From assembly GCA_965112735.1 (NCBI GenBank), contig OZ218952.1:806001-870000 (forward strand): DNA of 64,000 bases, given 5' to 3'. Position numbers and translations under genes: made by a program. The first letter of the stretch is position 1. Each line of letters opens with the position of its first letter. Under the pieces are notes generated by a model. The model was not told where the DNA came from. It made no database searches and saw only the letters and a list, made by a program, of their open reading frames with translations. This document shows, in pieces, positions 16,263 to 28,928 of the stretch. This DNA comes from Phaeosaccion multiseriatum. Its lineage: Eukaryota; Protista; Ochrophyta, other classes.

Positions 16263-17317
16263 GCAGCGGCAGCAGCAGTAGTAGCACTGTCCGCAGCAGA
16301 CTCCTGCTGGCGGTGGTGGTGGAAGTAGTCGCTCATCCTACCACCACTGCCCCCGCCGCCCTCGCTTGCCCTTGCCTCCACCCATGACCGGCGGCTACCC
16401 CCAACCCCACCACCACCACCACTAGCATTCCGTGATCCTTGCGTAGCGTTCGCCCCTGCAGATGCCATCCTCTTGCGGTGGGATGGAGACCTACTGGGCG
16501 GACTGCACACCTGCCTTCTCTCCCCCTCTCTCTCCCTTCTCCCACCGCCCCCAGCGCTTTGGGCTCGCGGCTGCCGCTGGCAGTTTTCTCTCTGGCGCTG
16601 CTGAGGAGACAATGACTCACGCTGGCGTATGTCTTGCTCCTTGGCGTGCCGCTGCTGCCTGTGCGGGGGTGTGACGAGGTGTCTCCCGCGCTCTCCCCCT
16701 CCGCTTCGAGTAGGATGCGACGCGGCGACCTTGTCCATGTCGCATTCGTCGCCGTCGTCGTCAATGATAAAGCCGTCATCCTCCTCCCCATCCACAAGCA
16801 CCACGTTATTGTTGCCTTGGTCTCCTCGCCCCACTCCCTCGGTCACCCCTGCTTCTGCCCCTCCCCACCCACCTCTACCTCCTCTTGCATCGCGGCTCTG
16901 TAACTCCGTCTTGAGTCGGTCAAGTGCGAATTGGCCCTCTAGGACGAGCTCCACCTCGTCACACCCATCCAAGTCGCTCGCAAAGGACATGGACGCCTGC
17001 CTGCTGCTCTCCTCATCCCCTTCGTGCGTCTCGTCTTCTGCCCCTCCCGCTGCTGTTGCTGCTGCCGCTGCCGCTGCTGCTACTGCTTGGCCTCTCAGTC
17101 GTTCCACCTCTGCGGCTCTTACAGGACCGTGCTGTACTCTCGTCCCGCCCTCGTCTCCCTCTCGTTGTCGCAGCAGCTCCTCGTGCTGCTCCTGCTGCTG
17201 CTGGTGTTCAGGCGAGCGAAGCCCGTGAGAATGGAGCCCGCCCCCAACGGGGCTCCTGCTATAGAGAAGACTGTCCTCTGGGCCAACCAAGTCCCATAAG
17301 CCTTCGCTCGAGGCCAT
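8682..17317 (-). CDS. Large, mostly low-complexity protein (~2,690 aa) with EF-hand-like motifs and a CEP164-like N-terminal/WW module
   Basis: Two long ORFs (17317-12590, 12023-8682) joined by a phase-0 CAG|GTAAGG...CCCCCAG intron. EF-hand-like FRHFDRRRCGYFNAGDL and LRYDIHGDGRCCVARF. LGIRVSSDAHLLWIARDALEATLPAEW...YYFHETAGIARWDHPLDPHF resembles the CEP164 N-terminal WW domain. The junction and start are inferred. Confidence 0.7.
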
Positions 17318-17515
17318 CCCTCTCCTTCTCCTCCTTCTCTCCCTCGTGCTTTCCCCTACTTAAGATGAGCTTGAGCATTCCTCAGGGCATAACGGGTCTG
17401 TTTCCGCGTCTGGCATTTTCACGCAGAAGCCATGAGGTGCCATCCCTCGAGGATTGCGGCTGCGGCTGAGGGTTCGAAAGCATTGAAGGAGGAGAAACAC
17501 GCCCACTCGTCCCAC

Positions 17516-17874
17516 ATGGGGAAGAAAAAGACCAAGGGCCGTGGTACATCCTGCGCTGCCGCAGAAGTAAACCCCAGCGGCGACGATGAGGAGGAGGGAA
17601 TCGAGCTGGAAGGAGCAGGGGGAGAGGAGGCGCCGGAGCTGCAGGCTGAGACCCTCAGCATGCTGCAGGTAAGCACACTGTGAGGAAGAATGTGGGTCCT
17701 TCCTCTGGGCACGTTGCAGTTCCTAGCCATGAAGCCGGAGAGAGGTGGAGCTCTGCCAGAGAGCATCCCCCCTTTTAACTGGCATACCTCTCGTCGTCGC
17801 CATACTGCTCCCCCGTTCCCTACTTCTCTCACAGCACTCTGGTGGCCTGTCTGTCTCTCCCCTCTCGACTCTCG

Positions 17875-17937
<63 letters not shown>

Positions 17938-20900
17938 CGGCTCTTGTCACCCCCTCTCACACACACAGGAGCTCGGTCTCCCTGCAGGCCAGGGAAAGTC
18001 AAGCCTGAGCAAGAAGGGAAAAGGCGATGTGAAGAAAGCGGCAGAGCGCTCCAGTAAAGAGAAGCAGCCGCCGAGCCAAATGCAGGGTGACGCAAAGGCA
18101 AAGAAACAGAAGGGGGCGAAGGTAGGGGCTGATGTCGCCGCGGGTGATTCGGCTGTGGAGAAGAGCAAGACAAACGACAAGAACAACAAGGAGAAGGACC
18201 AAAAGAAGAAGAATAAAAAGAATAAGAAGAAGGAGAAGAGCGCGGAAGAGGAAGAGCTACTGAAGAAGAGTGCCAAGAAAGTGGCGCAGCAAGCAGGTAC
18301 ATTGCCGAAGCAGCTGAAGCAGCAGAAGCGAAAGGAGGGGGCGAACGAACCACAGGCAGCAGTACCACCACCACCACCAACACCATCATCAGCAGCAGGA
18401 GGAACAGTAGCAGCAGCAGAAGGAGGGGGAGGAGGTCACGTCGTGTTTGATGAGGGAGGATCGACCTCCCAAGTCGCCAAGGCCAAGTCAACTCTCAAAG
18501 TATCCAAACACGGAAGTATGCGCATCGCCCACGACCCTGACGTTGGCCAACGCGTCAGTGCAAGCATGAGCTTCAAGCACCCCATCTTAGAGTTACCCGA
18601 GGACGGGTCCTGGTTCGACATGTTCACGTTTGGCGACAATGGCGGGGGCGGTGGGAAGGGGAAGAAGGGCGGAGGAGGGGCAGCGGAGAAGAACGTGCAG
18701 GACGAAGTTGCTCCTCCGTCACTATCGCGTAGGCTGCAAGAAGAAGCACGCGCATTGCTGGAGAAGGAGGTACGGGAGGAGGAGGAGGAGGAGGAGGGGG
18801 TTTGGGGGTATTCTCGTGTATGTGTGGGCATGTGTGCGCGACGCTCTACTCGCTCTACTCTCTCTACTCCCCCAATCTGTTATGGGCCTCTTACAACCAT
18901 CCATCCATCCACCCATCCATCCATCGCTCCATCCATCCCTCCCTCCATCCATCCATCCATCCATCCGTTCCATTCCTATCCATCCACCCCCCTGTCATTC
19001 ATCCATCCATTCATCCATTGCCATCCGTCACCCCCCCTCCCCTCCCCGCAAATAGGTGCTCGCCTGGGAGACCCTCCAGAAGCGATCCGCTGGTACTGAT
19101 GACCGCTGGCTGCAGCAAGTGCTCCGCAGCGGTACCCTCTCCGACAAGATTGCCTCTCTTACCCTCCAGGTTCAGCAGTCACCCATCCACCGCCTCGCCG
19201 TGCTGGACAGACTTGTAGACATGGCGGTCAAGAAAGACGCCCGTACCAATCAGATGGCACTGGAAGCGCTGAAGGATCTCTTCGCCACCAACCTTCTCCC
19301 CGAGGACCGGCGCTTGATACGGTTTGACCACCGCCCGTTACAACAAGCGGATGTATGGTCCCAGGAGGACCCCAAGGGCGTGGGTAAAGCCCTCATGCTC
19401 TGGTACTTTGAAGGCGAGCTTAAAGCCCGTTTCAACACAGTACTCGACTGTATGGAGAGAGCTGCGAGGGACAATGTCGACAAGTTTAAGAGGGATGCCA
19501 TGGAGAGCGCGAAGGACTTGCTCTGTGCCAAGCCCGAGGGAGAGGAGCGACTGCTGGCGCTGCTCGTCAACAAGCTTGGCGACCCCTCGTGAGTCAGTTG
19601 GTGGTATGCTACGGGGTGGGGTAGCTTCTCCTCCTCCTCTTTCTTCTCCTGTTCCTCGTCCTCCTCATTCCTCTCCGCCAAACCCCCCATCCGAACCCCA
19701 AATTCAACCCCCTCTCCTCCTCCCACGCCCCTTCCCTCCTCCTCCTCCTCCTCCTCCTCCTCCTCCTCCTCCTCCTCCTCCTCCTCCTCCAGTCGCAAGC
19801 TAAGCAGCAGAGCCATCAGTCTCCTCCAGGGAGTGCTCCAATCTCACCCTGCCATGAAGCCTGTGGTGGTGAGGGAGGTGCAGCAGTTCCTGCACAGGCC
19901 CGGCTTGCAGCCTCGTGCCGTGTACGCTGGAGTGGTGTTCCTGAATCAGGTAGGAGACTTACCTAACCACTGAGCTTCAGTTTCAGTTTCAGTCGGAGTT
20001 GGGGTTTTTTGTTTTGTTTTGTTTCTCTTTTCCCGACCCTATATTATGCTCTACCCGTCCATACCAGACAGCCCTGCCAATGCTCAGTACATTTCATCAC
20101 ATTTCGTCGTATTTTCTTGCACGTTACCCTTTAACATGACACGCATGTCACACTTGTAATGTCCATCCCATTTCCACTGATCTCTCGGTTTCGACGTTAC
20201 GGGACATATTCTATACAAAGGTGTACCTGCGCAAGGACGACGACGCCAAGCTGGCCTCCGTGCTGGTCCAGGTAAGGCACGGGCAGAGCGAGCGGACCAG
20301 AGAGATACACACACAGAGAGAGGGAGGGAGAGGGAGAGGGGAGAGAGAGGATGAGGAAGAGAAGGGGGGAGAGAGAGAGACCTACGTGAGTTTCACTTTT
20401 CAGTTTATTAGTGTATTATGAGTTTACGTTAAAAAAGTATGGTTGTCTTGTCGAATATCCCGTGACACCTGTAGTAACCCTGACCCTGCCCCTGACCCTG
20501 ACCCCGACCCTGGCCCTCACCCTCACCCTCACCCTCACCCTCATCTTCACCCTCACCCTCACCCTCACCCTCATCCTCACCCTGACTCTCACTCTGACCT
20601 TGACCCTGACCCTGACCATGACCCTGATCGTGGCCTTGCCCCTGCACAGACCTACTTTCGCCTCTTCGAGCGCGCCGTCAAGTCGGAAGAGCTCAAGACA
20701 AAGCTCTTGTCTGCGCTTCTCACAGGCGTCAACAGGGCATTCCCGTATCTTCCTGCGGACGAAAAGTCGCTCGCGGCGCATGTGGATGTGTTGTTCAAGA
20801 TGGTGCATCAGTCGGGATTCCGTACTGCTACCCAGTCCCTCATGCTGGTGTTTCAGGTGCGTGTGTGGGTGCGTGGGTGGGTGAGGGTGAGGGTGAGCGT

Positions 20901-22798
20901 GGGGATGAGGGTGAGGGTGAGTGTGTGCGTGAGTGAGTGAGTAGGTGGGTGTTTGGGTGCGTGAGTGAGTGAGTGATGAGTGAGTGAGAGTGTGTGTGTG
21001 GGTACATGAGGGTCGGTGGGTAGAGGGCTGGATGCATGAGTGGGTATATGACTCGATGAATGACTCACTCACTCACGCAGTGACTCACGGAATGACTTAC
21101 ATCACTCACTTCACTCACTTACTTCACTGACTCACTAACTCACTCTCTTCCTCCCTCTCGCTCCACCTCTCTCTCTCTCTCTCTCTCCCTCTCTCTCAAG
21201 GTCTTGGCCCGCGAGGAGCCAGGCGCGAAGAGAGGAAGCAACAGTAGCAGCAAGGGCACGGGCTCTCTCCCACCCCCACCCCCACCCAGACTCACACCCG
21301 CCCAGGAGCAGCAGCAGAAGATTACAACCCGTTTCTATATGGCCCTCTACTCCACCCTCACCTCACCGGAGCTGGTCAACGCCTCAAATCCCACCCTCTT
21401 CCTCAACCTTGTCTACCGCGCAATGAAGAGAGACACTCACCGCGAGCGAGTCACGGCCTTTGCCAAACGCCTGCTGCAGTACGGTGGGTTGTCGGGTGGT
21501 GGGGGTCCGCCTCTGGTGGCGGCCTGCCTCTTTGTCGTTTCGGAGGTACTAAAGAAGCACCAGTACCTCCGCCCGCTTCTGTTGGGCTCCGGACCGGGTG
21601 TCACAGGGAGAGGAGGCAGGGGTGGTGATGGTGATGGTGGTGGTGGTGGTGAGAGCCACAGCGTGACGGACTCAGCAGTGGAGGTGAAGGGGAAAGGGCT
21701 CGGGATCGCTGGCTATGACTGCGTCAAACGAGACCCTCGCTTTGCAGTGAATCTGGAGGAGGAAGGCAAGCAGCAGCAGCAGCAGCGGGATGAGGAGAAG
21801 AAGGCCGTGGAGGGGGGGGATGATGGCGAGGAATCAGACTTAGAACTGAAGCCAGGGGGTGGCTCAGGGGGCAGCGGGAGTGGTAGTAGCAGCAAGGGCA
21901 ATGGCCTCAGCACAGGGTTGTGGGAGACGTCTCTCCTCCGCTCTCACTACCACCCCTCCGTCCGGGCCTTTGCCAACTCGCTGTTGACTCCGCCTGGCTA
22001 TGCGGTCAAGTACAGCGGCGACCCCTTAACGGACTTTACCCTCATCGCCTTCTTGGATAAGATGGCATATCGGAACCCGAAAAAGTTACAGCGAGCAGGA
22101 AAGGAAGGGGCAGGAGGAGGAGGAGGAGGAGGAGGAGCAGCTGATGAAGCGGGAGAGGAGGGGGGGGGTGCTGCTGAGGGGAGGGGAACGGTGCAGCCGG
22201 GTTTGGCGAGAGAGCGGCGGTTACGGAAGCGAAAGGAGTCGGTGGTGAACAGCGTTTCGTTCGCGCAGCAGCCAGTAGAGATGGTAGAGCAGGACACGGT
22301 CTTCTTTCATCGCTTCTTTCGGGAGAAGGCCCATCGTGACAGAGTCAAGAGCGGCGGTCGAAAGAAGTCTGGGGCGGCAGCGGGGGGGGATGGGGATGAG
22401 GAGGATTTTGATGTGGACGGCATCGTCCCCGATGAGAATGTGGCGGACATGAGTGGCGTGGGAAGGATGGGGGAGGGGGAGGATCTGGACGATGAGGAGG
22501 AAGCGTTTGCTACCAAGCTTGCCGAGCAACTCATGGCCAGTGCTGGAGGAGGAGGGGTGGGGGATGATGAAGACCCGGACATGGGAGACTGGAGTGATGT
22601 CGGACTCAGTGATGATGATGATGATGATGATGATGATGAGGAGGAGGAGGAGGAGGAGGAGGAGGAGGGTGAACAGATGAGGGCTGCCGGAGGAGGACGA
22701 GGAGAAGGGGGCGATGCGGATGCCTTTCTGGACGAGCAGGATTCAGAGGATAGCGACAGCGAGGGAGAGGCCCCGGACATGGATATGCTTATGGGCGG

Positions 22799-22868
<70 letters not shown>

Positions 22869-23327
22869 GACGAAGAAGAGGAGGGTGGTGGTGGTGGTGA
22901 TGGTGGGAAGAGAGGGAGAGAGAGGCATAGGAAGCGAGTGGGAGGGGAAGGCGAGAGCGACGACGAGGCGGAGGAAGGAGGTGGTGGAGGAGGCGAGAGG
23001 AAGAAGAGGAAGAAGAAGGGAGATGCATCGTTGAGTGCCTTCGCTAGTGCGGATGACTACACGACCATGTTAGAGGAGTTCGACCCCAATGCCTTCGATG
23101 GGGGGAGCTGGACGACCAAGGGTGGAAATAAGGAGTGGGGTGGACGTCGAGGAGGAGGAGGAGGAGGAGGAGGAGGAGGAGGAGGAGGAGGAGGAGGAGG
23201 AGGAGGAGGAGGAGGAGGAGGAGGAGGAGGAGGAAGGGGAGGAGGAGGAGGAGGAGGAGGAGGAGGAGGAAGGGGCAGGGGGAGAGGGAGAGGGAGAGGG
23301 AGAGGAGGCAAGAGTAAGAGTAGATGA
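17516..23327 (+). CDS. CEBPZ: CCAAT/enhancer-binding protein zeta / Noc1-Mak21 ribosome biogenesis factor (CBF domain), ~1,340 aa
   Basis: Exons 17516-17668, 17969-18769, 19056-19588, 19793-19949, 20221-20271, 20650-20856, 21201-23327. Motifs: [85 protein letters not shown]. Acidic stretch and RG-rich tail. Confidence 0.95.
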
Positions 23328-23672
23328 AAAGGGGGAGAAGGAGGGGAAGGGTGGAAGGAAAAATAAGCCTAATAAAACGAAACTGAAACTGGAAGGACTG
23401 TTTGAACATCTTGTTGGGGTTTGAAAACAAAAGAAGAGGAAAAGGGAGCGGAGAAGAAGAGATTCATATATCAGGGTAACAGAGAGACACAGCAGCGTGT
23501 TCGTGTAGATACTTGTGATTCATTCACACGCTCCGAAGGCTCCGTGCTGTGCGAGAGTGTCCTTTTCTCTCGCCACCCTCCCTCTTCCCCCCCTTAGTTA
23601 GAAGGGGTTCGGGAGGCAGGAGAGGCAGCACTTAACACCAGCAGCACAAGACAGCAGGAGTAGGAGAAGAGA

Positions 23673-25809
23673 AGTAAGCGGATGACGGTGTGAAGAGTAA
23701 ACTTTGTCGTGATGTGACGCCTTTTCCCTCCTCTCCCTCCCATCTCTCTCTTCTCCTTCCCCCCCCTTCGCTCACTCAAACGCGTAACGCAGACCTCCGC
23801 TTGCAACGACAGCAAATGTGCAGATGTCCCTCCCCCTTCCTGTGTGCTGCCTCCTTCTTCCTCTGTTGTCTTCACTTGTTCACCTTTCCTCTTTCTCTGT
23901 GTGTGCTTGTGCTGTTCCCCCCACGCCCCCCCATCCATCCCCTCCGCACCAAATCCATTCCTGCGCCCACCCCCCCCCACACCAAGTGGCTTTGGTGAAT
24001 ATCACCGCAGTGGAATGCCTCAACAACCCGTCGCCATTCCTCTCTCCACTTCAGTTCGAGGTGGAGTTTGAGTGTCTGCAGGAGCTTGAGCAGGGTGAGT
24101 TGATGCCCCTATGCCCCTTGTCTCTTTGTCTCTTCATCAAACACGCACCCAACCACCCACCCACCCATCCCCCACCCAACCTCCCTCCCTCCCCCGCTCC
24201 CACCTCCTACCACAATCCTCCTTACCGTTCGCTCGATTGCCCGCACCCTTTGCCCCCCTTGCCCCCGCCCTTCGAACGAAACGAAACAAACAACGAACCA
24301 ACCAACCAACCAACCAACCAAAAAACAATCCACAGACCTGGAGTGGAAAGTGATCTACGTGGGGTCGGCGGAGAGCCAACTGCATGACCAAGTCCTGGAG
24401 GAGGTGATGGTAGGGCCTGTGCCCACGGGGGTCAATCGCTTTGTGCTAGAGGCGGACGCACCCGATACGAGTCGCATCCCCCCTCAGGTACATAGATAGA
24501 GAGGTGGCCGTGGATGGAGGGATGGATGAATGGATGGATGGGTAGATAGATAGATAGATAGATAGATAGAGTGATAAACAGAGACAGGGATAGAGAGGAG
24601 AGGGAGAAGGAGAGGGGCAATGCCACCTCGTGTGTCTTGTGTGTTTACTCGACTGCTCTGCTCGGCTCTGTATCACTAATACTGTACTTCAAGGAGAAAG
24701 AGCCAGTCCACGTCACTCACTCACTCACTCACTCACTCCCTGCCTTCCTTATGCTCTCACTGCCTCACTCACGCACGCATGCACGCACTACAACCTCTCG
24801 TGACCAGGATTTGCGCGGGGTGACAGTGGTCCTGCTGACTTGCTCGTACAGAGACAAGGAGTTTGTAAGGATTGGGTACTATGTCAACAATGATACTGCG
24901 CAGCAGCAGGCACAGGCGGGGCAGCAGCAGGGGCAGGGACAGGGGGAGGAGGTAGGGGACGACGAGGACGAGGAGGAAGAGGAGGAGGAAGGAGACGACG
25001 ACGAGGATCTTCAGGACGCGAATGGTGATCTCGTCGTGGGGGGCGGAGGAGAAGAAGGCGGGGCAGGAGATGGAGGAGAGGGTAATAGAAGCGAGGCAGC
25101 AGCAGCAGCAGCAGCAGCAGGAGGAGGAGGACGAGCAGCAGGTTCTCGAGCCCCGAGTGATGGCGGCGGCAGCCAGATGGCAATGGAGGGAGATTCGCCA
25201 ATGAAGGCCAGAATGTCAGCGGGTGGAGGCGGTATGTCTTCACTACCACCACCACCACCACCACCAGCAGCAGCAGCAGAAGGAGGAGCAGAGGGTATGG
25301 ACACGGAGGAGGAGGATCAGCTGCCGCCGGCCGATCCAAAGGACCTTATTCGGAACATTCTCACGGACAAACCGAGGTAAGATTGATTGATTGATTGGTT
25401 GGGTGATTTCTTCGCATCCTCCCTAATACTTACTCTCGACATGCCGCTGCTGCTACAGCCACAGCTGCTACAGCCACAGCTGGCTTCATCTCTCGCCCCA
25501 TCTCACCACCGTACTATCATGTGTACAACACGAGTCTCTGGTGCTCTCTCTCTCTCTCTCGCTCTCTTCCTCACTCTCTCTTCCTCTCTGGCCCTCCTCC
25601 TCCTCCTCCTCCTCCTCCTCCTCAGAGTCACGCGCTTCGCAATAGACTGGACGCCAGCAGGAGAGGCGGACGCCGCTATGGCAGCGGCGGCAGCAGCCGC
25701 ACATGGAGCAGGAGCAGAGGCCGGAGGAGGCGGGGCTACTGCGAGTGCTGCAGCCATGTTGGCAGCAGGCAATGGCCACTTGCAGGGTGCAGGTGTTGGT
25801 GCCATGTAA
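23673..25809 (+). CDS. ASF1: Histone H3-H4 chaperone ASF1, ~337 aa; start codon apparently split A|TG by intron 1
   Basis: Exons ...23673, 23987-24094, 24336-24487, 24808-25376, 25626-25809. Motifs: [84 protein letters not shown]. Confidence 0.95.
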
Positions 25810-25965
25810 ACTGACACTGTACGCCTCTGGGAGCCCAGCCTGGGTGCTGTACGTGCGTGCGTGCGTGCGTGCGTGCGTCCGTTCGTTGCCGACCGCACAA
25901 CAAATATCCCACCCAGGCTCGATCGCTCAGTGCTCCAGTAATGGCGAAAAGGCGAGAGGAGAGAA

Positions 25966-26021
<56 letters not shown>

Positions 26022-26643
26022 GGATGGGGATGGTGATGGATATCTAAGCACGCGGAGAGCCACAGTGAGGCGCGCATTTCGCGCCTTGGGCTTGGGCTTG
26101 GGATGTACTGCGGTGCGCTTTTGACCTCAAATCCTATCTCCTACAGTATCCTATCCACTTCATGCTCCCCCACCCTCTTGTGACCTCCTATCCTATCCAC
26201 TTCATCCTCCACCCTCCTGTCTGCTTCATGATCACGCTTTGTGTGACTCGTGCATCGTGTGTAAGCGCCGCTATACAGCTACGCTAGCTATTCGACTTTT
26301 GATGGCGACTTTTGTGGAATGCAAGACCGACGGACCCCACTTGCCTTGCCTCCTTGCTCCCTCCCCACCGCTTTCCCACCAGTCATTGGGGCATCAGTGT
26401 GTCGATTTTTTCAGGCAGTGCCGTCTTCTGATTGATGGTACCTCACGCACTCCAGTGGCCAGACCAAGTCATGAGGTCTCCCTCTTGTGGTCCACCACCA
26501 CTTACCTACTGCTTTGTGTACAGAGCCTGGCTAGAGAGAGCAACGCACCTCTACCTTTCGAGTACGAGCAGGGCTCCTAGAAGAGAGAGAGCAGCTGTTT
26601 TGTTTCTTGCTGACGTTCGTTGTTCTCCTTGGCTGCGCTGCTG

Positions 26644-26879
26644 CTATGATGGAGAACGGTCGCCGCCCTCCTCTTGCCGCCATCTCCTCCATGCAAAAAT
26701 GAGGTGGACGTCTTGCGCCTCCTCCTCCTCCTCCTCCTCCTCCTCCTCCTCCTGTCGTATAGCTTTAGCCCCGCCCTGCTTCTCATGCTTCACACTGCTG
26801 CCACGGTGGCCAATATCTGGTGTGCAAACTGCTTCGTCGAGGTCGGCGCCGATGGTGACTGCCCCCACAAGACTGCCGC

Positions 26880-26916
<37 letters not shown>

Positions 26917-28000
26917 ACCACGAGCTTGGCGACGTCTTGTGGCATGTGGTACTACCCGCATGTGAAAGGCTGCGGAGAGGGCTTCGAAGAAAGGCTGCTC
27001 TCGCGAGTCCACTCTCCGTTTGTAGGCCATGAGGACGAGAGGAGTGCCCGAAGAAGGGGAGCTCATCCCCTGATCCTCCTCCTCCTGCTGCTGTTCCTGC
27101 TGCTGCTGCTGCTGCGGGGATGTCCGACAGGGGGCGGGGCAGAGCTGCTTCAGACTGCTCAACAGGCCAGCGTATTCGCTGCTATCATACAGACAGTCGG
27201 AGCAGAGAATCACGTCACAGAGAGTGGATGTAGCGTCCTCGTCCTTCCCCCCGTCCTTCTTTTTGAGCGTGTCTTGCCGCACCGCCACATCTTGTTGCTC
27301 TGCACGTCTTGTGGTCTCTTCCCAAACGTAGGGCACAAAGGTTACCGATGTGCCGGCAGCAGCAGTGCCTTCGGCATTGAGTGCCAGGTTGGTGCGTATC
27401 AGGCCTTCCAGCTCCGGTCGGTCGCTTAGCACAACCTCTCTCGCCCCACACATACCGCTAGCGAGACCCACAACTCCTGTACCTTAGAGGGTGTAGAGAA
27501 AAAGGCGGTCGGGAAGTCGCTCGATCATTCGGGGTTTGCGTGGCTGCGTAAGTAAGGTCGACTCCCTTAGGTAGTTCCGAAACTCTGCCACCAATGGACT
27601 TACCAGCGCCGAGATCGAACACTCTCTTCCCTCGAACGATCCAGGGGCAGCGGGCCAGCAATGCGCTGAGGCATATCCCACAGTCCCACACCACGGCCCC
27701 GAGGCCCAGGCTATCCAATCGCTGCTCGAGAAGGAGAGTCAGTGTCGTCACGGAACGGCCGGCTGGGCTTTGCGTCCTGCAGACTGCACCGGCAGCGGCA
27801 GCCGCAAGAGCAGCGGGAGTAGCAGTCCCACAACGCCCCTGCGCGTCGTCATCATGGCGGTGTTCCTGCTCCTCCTCAACGAGGTCGAGCTGTAGCTCTC
27901 GCCGAGCAAGTCCTGCGAGTGTAAAGGTCGTGCCCAGTGTAGGCAGACCCGAGCGGGACTCAACAGGGTGGTCGAAAATATTTTGCCATCTACCATCCAT
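26644..28000 (-). CDS. Methyltransf_16 (METTL21/METTL23/EEF1AKMT-like) protein-lysine methyltransferase, ~411 aa
   Basis: Exons 28000-27604 and 27482-26644. Motifs: GLGAVVWDCGICL, GKRVFDLGAGTGVVGL, VVLSD, DVILCSDCLYD, MAYKRR...EQPFF. Confidence 0.88.
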
Positions 28001-28215
28001 ACACACGGCTCTGATCGTGCTTGAGAGTGGTTAGCAGCAGCAGCAGCAGCAGCAGGAGGAGGAGGAGGAGGAGGAGGAGGAGGAGGAGGCGGAGGAGGAG
28101 GAGGAGGAGGAGGAGGAGGAGGAGGAGGGGTGGGGGTCCGCCGGGTGTAAGAGTAAAGGATGGCAGTTGATGGTCTTTCTTTTTTTCATCACTTATTTCT
28201 TCCTTTCTCCAAACG

Positions 28216-28857
28216 ATGGTGTTTTCCGCCATCGCAGCGTGGAAGAGGAGGCTCTACGCCCCTATCAATCGGTCAGTAGCTGATTTGCTTCTCCTCTCAC
28301 CCTCCCCCGCTGCTGCTGCTGTTGCTGTTGCTGCTGCTGCGAAGCCTGAGCGTGGTTCATGGGCTTCCGCTTTCTGGGCACTGACTGGACCCTCCACCCT
28401 CGAGCATGCGCTTTTCCACAGCGTAAATTCCACGTTCTGTGCCCTCCAATGTCACTCTTAGTCGCCACTCATCTCACCCTGACCTTCTCTTTGCGCTAAG
28501 CTGCTTTGCTGGGCCTGCGTGCATCCTTCTGGTTTCGCGTTAATGCCAGAGGCATCTCTCACCCCCACCGCCAGAAGAGAAACAAATGCAACGCCTAGCA
28601 GGCAGTAGACTCACACGTGACCCAAACCCACCCCCGTTATCATTCCCTGTACAGCTATGAGGTGCAGACGCCACTCTCCCAGCGCTTTAAGAAGTACCAC
28701 GAGGAGGGAGACGGCCACAAAGGAGCAAGGTGGGAATCGACATTGGACATCGTCATCATGATGCTCACGAGACAAAGAGACGACTCGATCAGTATCTCTC
28801 TTTTTGCTGCTCTGTCTTGTCTCTGTGTTCTTTCTCTTTCTCGTGCCCTCTCTCTGT

Positions 28858-28928
<71 letters not shown>

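Noticed and set aside
20476-20625. Telomere-like hexamers (CCCTCA/CCCTGA)
   Set aside because: No CCCTAA or CCCTAAA run; lies inside an intron as one of many C-rich 3' repeats.
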